In this document: positions 47,459 to 59,844 of the stretch, in pieces
How the letters are laid out: each line of letters starts with the position of its first letter
Position numbering within the stretch: position 1 is the stretch's first letter
Assembly: GCA_013265495.1 (NCBI GenBank)
Contig: MU057887.1
Span: 4,243,668-4,307,667, forward strand
DNA: 64,000 bases
Origin: Vicugna vicugna
Lineage: Eukaryota
Direction: 5' to 3'
Program-made: the position numbers and the translations under genes
The notes under the pieces: model-generated
Told to the model about the DNA's origin: nothing
The model's input: only the letters and a program-made list of their open reading frames with translations
Database searches by the model: none

Positions 47459-49967
47459 TGGCTTGTTATTGGCACTGCTGGCTCAGTTGTGTGCCCACAC
47501 ATGTGGCTGGTCACCCACAAGTTATTCTGAATTGGGACTGGACCACAGCCCAAGCCTTGAGTGGGAGGCGTCATGAGGTGCTTGGCACATTTCTGCCGTG
47601 TTCAAGTTGTGTGGGGCTTCGGTGGCAGCTCCAAGTAGATAGGCATCTCCACAGTTAACTCTGCACAAGCAGTAACCTTCCAGTTTATGTGTCTTCTGAC
47701 ATTTATGATTGGACCAGTGTTGGAAGTGCAGATGTCCATTAGATGGTGGTGAGCGTGGGATAGAACCCATACTACAAGAATGTGGAAACGCCCATGGAAA
47801 CTGACATTAGGCATACCTTCAGAGTAGACTTGTGTGGGGAAATCCTCAACGTGTTCAGCTCTGGCTATCTCAGATGGGAAAAGAAATTTGCTTCTTTAGA
47901 TTCACTTATTTCAGCAATTCAGGGAGATACTGAGTAAGTTAAGAGACAACTAGATTTGAAACTCAATGAAGATAATGTCTTCCAGGCTCCTTAAAGCAAA
48001 CTAATGAATGGCACCTGATGAAAAAAATCACCTTATTTATTCATTCATTGTTTGCTAGCATTTTACTGCTCAAAACTATGCAATCTCACCTTGGTTATAT
48101 TTTTAAAAGCAAACATTTTCCTAAAGCTGTGACTTAGTTTAAACAGTATAATGTAGTTACCATATATCATCCGTCAACTGTTAAGCTAAATACATCATGC
48201 GACAGTACTAAAAAGACTCCATCGTGAAAAATCCAAATTGTTTAGGTATTATGTTAATTAATATCTCTTTCAAAGCTTTCTAAAATATACCACTAGAAAG
48301 GTCTTAAATGGGTCTTATGAGAGAAATAAAATGTATGTAAGTATGGGTGAGAAGGCAAGGCACTAATTTGAGATGAGAATTATAATTCTCATGGTAAAGA
48401 AGCCAGTATGTATGCACTTGTACAGACTGCGCTGCTAGACAGAAAAGGCTTATAAAAGTAAAATCATTGAATAAAGGTTTGAAGTTTATTATAAACCCAA
48501 GGGGAAAAGTCCAGACTTTGTATTTTTGATACATTTTGCCTTAAACACATTTTATTATTGACATAAAGACTTGTGAAATTTTCATTTTAATTAGTCATTT
48601 CCTTCATGAGGTCAAATTATTGCATCATGTTCCATTTCTGGATAGATTTGCCTCAATTCTAAATAGTCTAGATTCTCCCCCTCCAACCATTTTTGGTTTG
48701 ACTTTGAGACAAAGTAAAATGAATGTTTTTCATATCTATAGGTCTCATTTTCGTGTTGGGTAACATTTCTCACTCCTTTTTTAAGAGTAGATATTCTTGT
48801 TCTTCAACACTTTTCTTGACTTTGCTTATGTTTTCTTTAAACTGTGTCAGTTTTTTTCCACTTAGGATACCTTACAACAGATTGAATCTGTTTATATCAT
48901 TCCATCCTTTCACTATATGAACAGTGATTAGCATGCATAACTGTATTGCATTTTTTGACAGAAAAATCTTCATCTTTTGGTTCCCTCAAGATTTAAATGG
49001 ACACATAGCAGTTCATTTATCTATCCAGTTTCTTAAAGAACACAAAATAGTTTCCCCTAAGAAAGTATTTAAGAGCCAATTAAACTATAAAATACTTAGA
49101 AAGCTATTTATTTTAATGTGATTATATGTTCCAGAGCAAATATAAACTGTTGTAGTTGTGTATGCACTGTAATGTAATAATAGCTCACAGAATGCTTGTA
49201 CCTTGGGGGAGAGGCATAAAGTCTTAGCTAAATGATACTCATACGTACACAGTTTTCCTCTAACTAGCTATACGACTTTTGACTACTTGCGTCTTTTTGC
49301 TTTGGGCTCTCGAAATGGTACTTTGCATCACTGTGTGCCTTAGCAAACTATTTGGTGGGGGTCTTGGGGGAGAGAAGTATATAAAAGATAATTTTAAAGA
49401 TGACAACATTATAAACCACTTTCCCTAATTTACATAATGGGATGATTATAAAAAAGTATTTACGAAGTATATAGGAAAAAATCTAAAGCTGACGTTGGAG
49501 AAGCAGGGGAACATAAACTCATTTGGACTGTGTTTTGCTTTTTGCTGTATGAATTTGTAGCAAACAAACCAGTTTCTGGTTTTCACTTCTTTATAAAAAT
49601 ATTTAGAAATCCCTATACTTGAAAGAAAGATGCCTCAATTATCAGTGACTTTATGAAGCAAAGTTTAAAATACACATGCAAAGTGTAAAAACAAATTTGT
49701 GTTTTGTTTTGTTTGAATAGCTTGCTGCTGATTATGTTCTCAGTAAGTATAAGAAAGTTCTTTGATATTTTATTGCCACCTTATTTTCTGAAATAGCCAA
49801 TGCTTTTGTAAATCTTATAGCTTGCTGTTAGGGGTTTGGTAATTATGTTTATATTTTTAAAAATGTTAAGTGTTAAACTATTATAAGAAGTTAGTTATAG
49901 TAGGACCATTTTGATTTAGCCTAAATATTTTTAGTGTTTGAAATAAATCTTGGCTTAGTGAAAAAAA
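47459..49967 (+). pseudogene. RFK: RFK (riboflavin kinase) processed pseudogene; decayed CDS 47573-48018 and about 1.9-kb 3'UTR
   Basis: MRCLAHFCRVQVVWGFGGSSK*IGISTVN...WTSVGSADVH*MVVSVG*NPYYKNVETPMETDIRHTF..GEILNV..GYLRWEKKFASLDSLISAIQGD...SKLMNGT*; intronless; AATAAA at 49942 and A7 at 49961; splits an L1. Confidence 0.92.
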
Positions 49968-51452
49968 CTGACATACAGAAAACAAATACTAAATGGCTGA
50001 AGTAAGGCTTTCCTTATTAGTAATTACTTTATATATGTAAATGGATTAATCTCACGAATTAAAAGGCAGAGATTGGCTGAATGGATTAAAAGACATGATC
50101 CAACTATATGCTACCTACAAGAGATTCAATTTAGATTCATGACACAAATAGGTTTAAAGTGAAAGGATGGAAAAAGATATTCCATATAAATAGTAACCAA
50201 CAGAGAGGCAGTGACTATACTAATATCAGACAAAATAGACTGTAAATCAAAACTGTCATTAGAGACAAGGACATTAGACACTGGAAAAAAGAGTCAATTC
50301 ATCAGGATAAAGTCATAACCATAAACAATAAATATAAACGTAGTTATAAACATATATGCTCCCAAAACATGTATATATGTGTACATATACATATATATAC
50401 ACACCAGACAATGAAACCCCAAGATATTTGAAGCAAACATTAACCCAATTGAAGGGAGAAGCAGTGCAACAGTATTATTTGGAGATGTCAATATTGCACT
50501 TTCAATAATGGCGATCACATCTAGACAGAAGATCAATAAGGACATACAGGACTTCAACAATATAGTTAGTCAACTAGATGTAACAGACATACACACAACA
50601 CTCTACCCAACAACAGCAGAATACACATTCCTCTCAGACACACAGAGAACACTGTCTAGGACAGACCATATGTTAAACTACAAACAATTCTCAATAAATT
50701 TAAAAACACTGAAATCACACAACATAATCTTCTCTGACCACAATGGGTAAAGCCAGAAATCAATAACAAAAAGAAAACTGGAAAATTTGCCAACATGTGG
50801 AAATTAAACAAATGCTGTTAAATAAATTAATCAAAGAATAAATCACAAGGGAAATAGAAAATACTAAGAGATGAATAAAAATGAGAACCCAACATATCAA
50901 AACTTACAGGATGCACCAAAGGCAGTTCTTGGAGGGAAATTTATAGCAATAGATGTCTATATTAAAAAAGAAAAAAAGATCTCAAACCAGTAATCTAACT
51001 TAACACTTTAAGAAATTATAAAAAGAGCAAAGTAAACCAAAGCTAGCAGAAAAAGGGAAAGTACTGAAAATGAGAGATAAATGAAATAGAGAATAGAAGC
51101 ACAATAGAGAGAATTAATAAAACCAAAGATTGGTTCTTTGAATAGGTCAACAAAATTGACAAACTTTAGCTATAATGGGAAAGGAAAAAGGGAGAAGATG
51201 CAAATAGCAAAATAAAAAATGAGAGTTGGGACGTTACTACTGATTATATACAAATAAGAAAACACTATAAACAAACACATGCCCCCTTAGATTATATAAC
51301 CTAGATAAAATGGACAAATCCCTAGAAAAGCACAAATTACCAAAATGGATTCAAGAAGAAATAGAAGAAACTGAAAGTTTGAACAGATCTATAAAAAGCA
51401 AAGAGATCAAATCAGTTAAAAAAAAAAAAAGTCCTCTAAGAAAGAAAAGTGT

Positions 51453-51574
51453 AGGGGGAGGGTATAGCTCAAGGTGTAGAGCGCATGCTTAGCATGCCTG
51501 AGGTCCTGGGTTCAATCCCCAGTACCTCCTCTACAAATAAAATAATAAACCTAATTACCTCCCCCCACCAAAAA
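51453..51574 (+). mobile_element. tRNA-derived SINE (Vic-1-like) with 15-bp TSD
   Basis: ggggagggtatagctcaagg...ggtcctgggttcaatccccagtacctcc; TSD aagaaagaaaagtgt at 51438-51452 and 51575-51589. Confidence 0.92.
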
Positions 51575-52734
51575 AAGAAAGAAAAGTGTGGTGCCAGATG
51601 ATTTCACTGGTAAATTCTACCAAACATTTAAATAAGAATTAACACTCCTTCCCAAACTATTCTGAAAAATGGAAGAGGAGAGAATACTTCTTAAGTCATT
51701 CTGAGGGCAGCATTACCTTGATACCAAAGCTACATCACAAATAAAGAAAATTACCACAAATACACACAATACCCCTTATGGCTATAGATACAAAAACCCT
51801 TAACAAAATCACAGCATATTAAAAAAGATTATACACCATAAACAACTGGGATTTATCACAAGAATGCAAGGGTGGATCAATATGAAAATCCATCAGTGCA
51901 ACTCACTACACTGATAGAATGAAGAGGAAAAACCACACAGTCATCTCAATTAATGCAGCAAAAGCATTTGGTAAAATCCAGCAGGCTTTCATAATGAAAG
52001 CACTCAGAAAGTTAGGGATAGAAGGGAACTTCTACAGCATGGTAAAGGCCATACAAAATATCCATAGTTAACGTCATAATCAATGGTGAAAAAGTGAAAA
52101 CTTTCTCACTAAGATCAGGAAAAAGACAACGATGCCTGCTTTTACTACTTAGTTCAACATAGTACCAGGATTTCTAGTCAAGAGAAGGAAATAAAAGGCA
52201 TCCAAATTGGAAAGGAAGAAGTAAAACTTTTTCAATATGCATGTGACATGATTCTATTTACAGAAAACCCCAAAGTATCCACAGAAAAACTGCTAGGGAG
52301 TTAATAAATGAATTCAGGAAAGTTTCAGAGTACAAGACCAACAGGCAAAAATCAGCAGTTTCTATAATCAGCAATGGACAAATAAAAAAGTGAATAGTGT
52401 CCAAAAATATTTAGAAATAAACTTAACCAAGAAGTGAAAGATTTGTACATGAAAATTACAAACATAAGATAGAAAAAGAAGATAAAGATATAAATGAATG
52501 AAAAGACATCCAGTGTTCATGTACGGAAAACAATATTAAGATGTCAAAACAGTCTTTAAAAAGAACAAAGTTGAAGGACTCACACAAACCAAGTTTAAAA
52601 CTGTATTACCAAGCTACAATAATTAAAACAGTGTGGTACTGGCATAAGGATGGCCATCTAGACCAAAGGAGTAGAACTAAGTGTCCAGAAATAAACTCAT
52701 AGAATTTTTGACCAACTGATTATAAATTAAAAAA

Positions 52735-52857
52735 AAATTTTTTTTGAGGGGGGGGATTAGGTTATTTGTTTATTTTAATGGAGATACTGGGGATTGAACC
52801 CAGGACCTCATGCATCCTAAGCACATGTTCTGCCACTGAGCTATATACCCTCCACTC
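52735..52857 (-). mobile_element. tRNA-derived SINE (Vic-1-like)
   Basis: actggggattgaacccaggacctcatgcatcctaagcacatgttctgccactgagctata; flanks tgaccaactgatt / tgatcaactgatt. Confidence 0.9.
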
Positions 52858-52917
52858 ATGATCAACTGATTTTTGACAAGAGCAGCAAGACTATTCAAAG
52901 AGAAAATAGTCTCTTTG

Positions 52918-53009
52918 GGGTGGTGGGGGGTGGGGAAGGGTACAGCTCAGTGGTAGAGCACATGCTTCGCATCCATGAAGTCCTAGGTTCAATCCACAGT
53001 ACCTCTGTC

Positions 53010-53055
<46 letters not shown>
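52918..53055 (+). mobile_element. tRNA-derived SINE with pure A45 tail
   Basis: gggtacagctcagtggtagagcacatgc...ggttcaatcc; A-run 53011-53055; TSD aatagtctctttg. Confidence 0.92.
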
Positions 53056-53057
<2 letters not shown>

Positions 53058-53755
53058 ATAGTCTCTTTGACAAGTAGTGCTGGGACGACTGGGTATCTAT
53101 ATGCAGGTGTATGAAGCTGGACCCCAACCTTACACCATATACAAAAATTAACTCAAAATGGACCAGTGACTTACATATAAGAGCTAAAACCACAAAAGTC
53201 TTAGAAAAGTCGTAAGGATAAATCTTCATGATCTTGGATTTGGCAATGGATTCCTAGATATGACACAAGAGCACAAGTAACAAAAGAAAAAAAGATAAAC
53301 TGGATTTTATCAAAATTTGCATTAAAGACATCAAGTAAGTGTAAATACAACCTAGAATTGGAAAAATATTTGTAAATCATAAATGAGGATTTAATATCCA
53401 GAATATATAACTCATAACTCAACAACAAAAAGATAACTCAATTAAAAAATATGCAAAGTACTTGCATAGTTATTTCTCCAAATAAATATACAAGTGAAGA
53501 GGTGCTCAGCATTAATCATCAGGGAAATGTATCTCAAAACCACAGTGAGGTAGCACTTTATAACCACTAGGGTGGCTAAATTTGTCTCTAAAAATAGAAA
53601 ATAACAAGTTAAAGCAAGGATGTGGGGAAATTAGAACATTTGTACATTACTTGCAGGACTGTAGAATGGTGGTTCCACTTTGGAAAACCGATTGGCAATT
53701 CCTCAAAAGTTTAAACATAAAATGATCTTGTAATCCCACTCCTAGAGACACACTG

Positions 53756-54161
53756 TGCTATAGACTTACCTATGTTGCCCCCAAACTCCTGTTGAAGCCC
53801 TAACCCTCATGTGATTGCATTTGGAGACAGGGTTTTAGGAAGTAATTAAATAGGTTAGAAGAGGTCATCAGGGTCAGGCTCTAATTATGATGTCAAGATG
53901 GGGGTCATAAGACGTGTGATCTTTTAAGACAAAGAGAAAGCAATCTTGGTCTCTCTGCTCCAATAAATACAAAGAAGCGGTTATATGAGCACAGGAAGGG
54001 CAGCTGCCTACAGGCAAAGAGAAGAGGCTTCAGAATGAAACCTACCTTGCCAGCACCTTGATCTGAGATTTCCCAGCCTCCAAGACTGTGAGAAATCAGT
54101 ATCTGTTGTAAGCTACCCAGTCAGTGCTATTTCGTTACAGCAGGCTGAGCAGAACAAGACA
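53756..54161 (+). mobile_element. MaLR solo LTR (MLT1/MST-like) inside the L1
   Basis: tgctatagac...gttgaagccctaacc...gcaccttgatctgagatttcccagcctccaagactgtgagaaat...cgttacagcag...aagaca. Confidence 0.85.
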
Positions 54162-56045
54162 CCCCAGAGAGCTGAAAACAGGTGCTCATAAAAGCACATC
54201 TACAAGCACGTCACAGCACCACTATTCCCAGCAGCTAAAAGGTGGAGACAAATATTCATCCATGGATGCAGGGATAAACAAACACAGTGTACACACACAA
54301 TGGAACGCTACTCAGCACAGAAAGAATGAAGTGCATGACATAGGGATGAATCTTGAAAATGTGCTAAATGAAAGGCAGACACAAAAGGTCGCATATTGTT
54401 TTATTCCATTGATATGAAGCGTCCAGAATAGATAAATCCATAGAGACGGATTATAGATTATTGTTTACAAGGGGCAAGGGGAGCAGGTGTTGGAGAGAAA
54501 CTGCTTCATGAGGGGTTTTACTTAAGAGTGACGGACATGTTTCAGAGGTGACTGCTGCACAACCGCGTAACTGTACTAAATGGCACTGCATTGTGAACTG
54601 TAAAACGGTTAATTTTATGTTATGTAAGTTTCACCTCAATACATTATTAAACAAGATTTGGGTGGTGTTCCTGTATGTCAGGATGAAATGAACTTTAAGA
54701 AGCAGGTGGATCTGAGCATGACAAGGTGGAGGCCGTGGCTGTTGGGCTGGCACCCTGCCTGAGAACTCACCCCCTAGCTGCTTTAAGTGTCGATGGATAA
54801 AACTCATAGGTGCCCTTCCCTCAGAGAACTGCCCTTGCGAAAACGGGAGCCACTTTGCCCATCCCTTCCACCTCCTCCTCCTCACACTTGGCTAACTGGC
54901 ACGAAAGCCTCCTTGGTCTCAAAGTGGGACCAATTCTGTGGGGCAGTCTGTCTTCCCGAGCTTCCCCAGGAAGTGGGAAGAGAGAGTGAAGCTGGCCCCC
55001 AGCAGTGACAGAACTGCCCCAGTAAGTCATGTGAGTAAGAACTGCCTTCTCAGGGTCTGCTTCTAGGGAACCTGATGCAAAACGATTACATAAAAGCAAT
55101 ACTGATCGTGAATTTTATGGTATTTGAATTGTATCTCAATAAAGTCATTATATTTAAAAAATGCTTATTAGGCATTTATAATAACTGAAGGTTTTTGTAG
55201 CTGTTGTGGTTGTTGTATTTAAAAGCCCACCTAATCAGGGCAACACATTCCTGAAATTTCCTGGTCAGGTTAAACCTCTGAAGTTAAAATTGTAAGCATC
55301 AGTAATTTCAAGGGTAAAAATATGTCTTCTTGACTCCTAAACAAATACCCATTCTTTTAAAAACACTAAATTCCACTGAAATGGTCTCTGTCACAGTCAG
55401 TCGAGAGTCAATCTGGTCACCCTCGCGTGACAGATCAAGGCAGTCTCCCTTCATGAATGTGGCTGATGATCTGCAAAGTCCTCTTGTGACTTTGTGCTAA
55501 AAAATCCACACCCACAGAGCATGTACACTACTCAATGTTTATGTAATTCAACCTTTACTGTAAATAGAAAGTAAAAATAAAAAATAAATAAAGGTAAGGA
55601 AAATGATACACAAGATGATCATAAAAACACCCTAGTGAACCACAAGTCCTGTAGAAAACGGAAAAGGCAGCAGGCAGTTCCTGGCAGCCTTTGCCACCCA
55701 AGGAGTACAGTGTCACACTAGTCCTCAAAAAAAAAAAAAAAAAAAGCCTCATATGCTGAAATTGGGGTATTAAAGGAAGCTTTCTTAAAGTCAATCTCTT
55801 ACGATGCAAATGGGTATGGCCTGAGGTGCGGCTGCATTGACCCTTGAGGTTTACAATAGTGACACTGGTGTGTCACTAAGTGTGGCCAGACCTGTCACCT
55901 GCTGTCACCTGATTTTCACAGCAAACTTGGGCCTGTGATCTTGGCCTTGCTGTTCACCAATGTCCCAGCCATACCTAGAAGAGCTGCTGAAAAACGTGTG
56001 GAATGAACAGGTTTCTGGACAAAACTATTTCCTTACACTGGTTGG

Positions 56046-56051
56046 TTTATT
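56046..56051 (-). terminator. Candidate RABL2 polyadenylation signal
   Basis: tttatt on + is AATAAA on -, about 460 nt past the stop. Confidence 0.55.
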
Positions 56052-56513
56052 TGGAAGATTAAAGAGGAAAATAGTAGTCAGGAATCAGAAACCGTTCCCT
56101 TGGGGGAAATGCAATGAACAGGGCCACGGTCAGTTCTGGGAGGGAAAGCACTACCGACAGTGCCCCTTCATTTAAGATACACGCACAGAACGTTCCTGAC
56201 TCTCCGCACTGTCCCACAGAACCTGGGGGGAGGTTATGATACTGGTCCGTCCTAATTCTGCCTCATGCTGTGCTGTGGGTCTCTTACCCGAGCTGACCCC
56301 ATCTCTGTGCTTGGCAATGGTGGGGTTCAACTGTGGAAGGGTCAGGTACCAGGGGTCATGGAAGCTGGGGAGGCAAATGGGATGGGTGGTTTTAGGGGGT
56401 GTAACAGGGGATGGCCTGGAGGAGTTTCTCAGTTGAGAGCTGAAAGACTGCTGAAGGGAGGGGTATTCTGAACGAACACCCCCTGGCCATGGAGAGAGCC
56501 CTCCTCCTGTGAC

Positions 56514-56594
56514 TCAGGAGGGAGACGGACTCTCATTGCTGCCATGCTGCTCTTGGTCCGGCACATCTTCCTCCTTCTGCTCCAAGTCAAAGTT
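56514..56594 (-). CDS. RABL2: RABL2 last coding exon
   Basis: ttcacag|NFDLEQKEEDVPDQEQHGSNESPSPS*. Confidence 0.93.
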   Translation of the reverse strand, partial: NFDLEQKEEDVPDQEQHGSNESPSPS

Positions 56595-56765
56595 CTGTGA
56601 ACAAGGCTGCAGGTGAGGCCTGCCCTTGCATCTGCCCATCTGCAGCTCTGACACCTCTAGGGGCAGCACCCACATGAGCATGTGTTGTCTGCAAAGCCAC
56701 TCTGTTGGGTTATGTTCTGCACCCCTCTGAAGAGGAGCCGTTTTCTCTATTTGGGCCTGACCTAC

Positions 56766-56849
56766 CTCAAGTTCCTGCAAGACCTCGTCCATGAAGTCCC
56801 GGGAGTTCTGTTTGTAAGACACAGCTAGTCGAATTGCATCATTGAAGAG
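56766..56849 (-). CDS. RABL2: RABL2 exon
   Basis: LFNDAIRLAVSYKQNSRDFMDEVLQELE; ag/gt ends. Confidence 0.95.
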
Positions 56850-57243
56850 CTGGAGGTAAGGTGGAGGTGGTGGGAAGGAAAATAGGGGTGTGGATGCCAG
56901 TGCCTGGACTCTGCCTGCCCTGTATCCACTGCCCCTATCCCCGTCATTAAGTCCACAGGATAGTCCACCCTAAAATCAGCAAGGTCACCCCTCAACTCAC
57001 CTTCCCCCATCATCCCTACCGCATGCACGGTCAATGCACAATTTCTTCACCAAGCCCAACCCACCACCTCCTCTACTGGCAATGCTCACAATGCCCCTTC
57101 CTGCTGCCACATGGTCACCGTGACCCGCGCAACATGCCCGGCCTGTCACCATCCCTGTGGCCAGACCTTTTTATTCCTTCCCTGAAACTTCAGTACCAGC
57201 ACTTCCCCAGCCTTACCAGCCTGTCCTTGCAGTCTACCATTAC

Positions 57244-57341
57244 CTTTACAACGTTGGTACCATCAGCAGCTGAGACGAAGTACAGGGGCAGGGAGAACTT
57301 CTTGGCAAAATTGAAGCTTTTTTGGGTCACCTTTATGTCTG
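57244..57341 (-). CDS. RABL2: RABL2 exon (G5 SA motif), NAGNAG acceptor
   Basis: ctgcag|cag|ac; (A)DIKVTQKSFNFAKKFSLPLYFVSAADGTNVVK. Confidence 0.95.
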
Positions 57342-57685
57342 CTGCAGAGAGAAGGGAGCACATTGGCCTGTCTACCAAGGGAAAGGGAGAGAATTTTGCA
57401 GGGTGGGTCACTGGAGGTCCCTATCTAGGAAGTGGGATGAGCAGGGACAATCAAGGGACATATCTTAGAAAGAGGTCATTCAGCAGGGATCTGTGTCTCG
57501 ATCAAAGGGCAGGTTAGCTCAGTTGGATCTTTCCTGGGAAGGGAGTGATGGCAAGCAACCAAGGGCTTTATCTTGGGAAGGAGAATGGATCACTGAAGGT
57601 TCATTGCCCCAGGAAATGAAGAGGAAACATGTGATGGTGGGTCCCCTCATGAACTGCTGGCACCCAGATGCAGGGATGGCCTCAC

Positions 57686-57797
57686 CATCGATTTTATTTG
57701 CCACCACAATGCACGGGATCTCTGGCCTGAACTCTCGAAGCTCTGTATACCAGGTGCTCAGGTTCTTGTAGGTGATTTTCCTCTGCACATCAAACAC
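57686..57797 (-). CDS. RABL2: RABL2 exon (G4 NKID)
   Basis: VFDVQRKITYKNLSTWYTELREFRPEIPCIVVANKID; donor gtgag. Confidence 0.96.
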
Positions 57798-59021
57798 CTG
57801 CAATGAGCAGAGGAAGAAGATAGCTCAGGTGCATCGAGGTCTCTGCATACCACCCCCAGGTGATAGACACACAAGCTGTGAGCGTGGGTGTGTGCCACAG
57901 GCTTGGGAACTCGGAACGCGCACCTGCTCTGGGCTGCAGCCCCTCTGACCACAAAGGCTGTGCCTTGCCCACCCTTCTCAGGGAACTGCTCTAGGATGTT
58001 TACATTATCACCTAATCTTACTTACCTATTTTAACCAAATTGTATCATTTTATTCACCAGTAAATCTGTTACAAATTGTAAGCTTTTTGTTTTTCTCTTA
58101 GTCTAATCTTATTATTGCTTAAACTTTGTTTAAAAACTCCTTCATAATAATTTTAAATGTTTCTAGAATTTCCTCTTATTTTGGTTTACTTTTAGTTTTA
58201 ATCTTTAATTTCATATTTTAAACTTTTTTAAAAGTAACTTTTGTATTTTACTATTTTGTAGCTTACCACAGTTTTATTAACTTTTTATAATTTATAGTTT
58301 TTGCCTATTTAAAAATATCAGTAAGAAGCAGGAGCCCTACAACTAGCTCTAAGGGCAGGGAAGCCAGAAAGCCTAACTAAGATGCTTCAAGCTGCTCCAG
58401 GGATCCTCAAGCCCCTCACAGGAGCCCCTCACAGGCCAGCTTCCTGCTTCCAAGCCATCCTCCAGAATAGACTCACAGGCCCAAACTGCCCCAGTACAAC
58501 AGTGGACTGAGACAGACAACCTTGTAACCTGCTGGAGTGGCAGATCTTACTTCTGAACAACCCAGTCTTTCCTGGGAGCAGCCACGCCCAGAGCCAGGGG
58601 TTTGCCCTGCATGTCAGTGGGCCCCGGCAGCAGCTGTTCCCTGGGAACCACAGGGCCATTCAGCCCCAGCATCTGCCCTAGAGAACAGTGGCCAAGGGAG
58701 GCCTCAGGAGCTTATCTGAGCAGGCAGGATCCACTAGGTTCTGAGATGTTATCCCCAATGTTGAAGCCCTGAACTTGCTCCTCCCCACTGGAATGGTGGC
58801 TCCATACAACTCCCCACCTCCCCACCTCCCCCAGAAGAGCAGCTCACCCTGGCATGTTCTCACTTGGAACCTCTGGGGAGTTCATGCAGCCCAAAGCCTA
58901 CCCCAACCCTTCCCTTCAGCACCCACCCCAGTGAGAAGGGCTCAGTCCTGCTTGGCCCTCTGTCCCTTTGCCCCTCAGGCCAGACTTGCCCAGAGCCTCT
59001 GCCTCCCAGGTGGTTTCATAC

Positions 59022-59101
59022 CATGATGCAGGCGTGGGCCTTGTGGTAGTAGGAAGCGTGCATGCTCTGGAACCGCTCTTGGCCTGCTGTGTCCCAAAAG
59101 T
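59022..59101 (-). CDS. RABL2: RABL2 exon (G3 DTAGQ)
   Basis: (D)FWDTAGQERFQSMHASYYHKAHACIM. Confidence 0.96.
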
Positions 59102-59764
59102 CTGCAATATGAACACAGCTCTGACTGCATGATGAGGGCAGGTGGGCAGAGAGCCCCAACACTCTGAACATCTCTGTGTAGCCCTGTGTTCAGAAACACA
59201 GGCCCACGTGGGGAGCACAGGGAGGAACGGAGACCACACAGCTCGCATACGTGTCATGCCACGAGAGGTGTGTGTATGCCTGTGTCCATGGAGATGGGTG
59301 AGAAGGAGGACAGGGCCTGGGCTGTGAGGAAGAGGAATACAGACGGAAAGTCCTAAGAGGGAGAAGGTAAGTGCCCTCCTTCCCCCCACCCACAAGATGC
59401 AGAACCCTCCAAAGTCAAAAGCAGGCCAAATCCCCATGTGTGATGATCACAGATGGTGGATGCAGTCAGGCTGGATGTGTGGCCTGGCCAAGGGGAAGGT
59501 TGTGACCCAACTGAAGGTCAAACCCCTTGTGGAAGACAATATTCAGCCTGCATCTGCTATGCTTTCACGCTGGCTGAATTAGAGCGCCAGGTCAGGACAC
59601 AGAAGCTGAGCCCCTGTCCTGTTCCCCACCCTCCCCTGGCTTTCCACGCTGCGCCTACCACCCCTCGTCCACGTCTGAGGCCTCATTTCCCCCTGCTTGA
59701 CTCTCTCCCCACCCCCTTCTCCTCCCTCTTGAGCGTCGGTGCGGCTCAGCATTGGGCTGCTCAC

Positions 59765-59844
59765 CCACAAGGATAGTCTTGCCGTCTACTGTGGCCGTGT
59801 GCTTGTACAGGGTTAGAGCGTATGTGGACAGCTGCTGTGGCTGA
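59765..59844 (-). CDS. RABL2: RABL2 exon (switch I)
   Basis: (F)QPQQLSTYALTLYKHTATVDGKTILV. Confidence 0.95.

Larger units (their letters stand above)
49968..54640 (+). mobile_element. Near full-length decayed L1 ORF2 and 3'UTR (L1MB-like); its upstream piece is at about 47395-47458
   Basis: Endonuclease start (ttattagtaattactttatatatgtaaatggatta), RQKINKDIQDFN..., MDKSLEKHKLPKW..., RT-region text, L1M 3' end with caatacattatt. Confidence 0.9.

Noticed and set aside
47573..48018. RFK copy as a functional retrogene
   Set aside because: Several in-frame stops and a frameshift.
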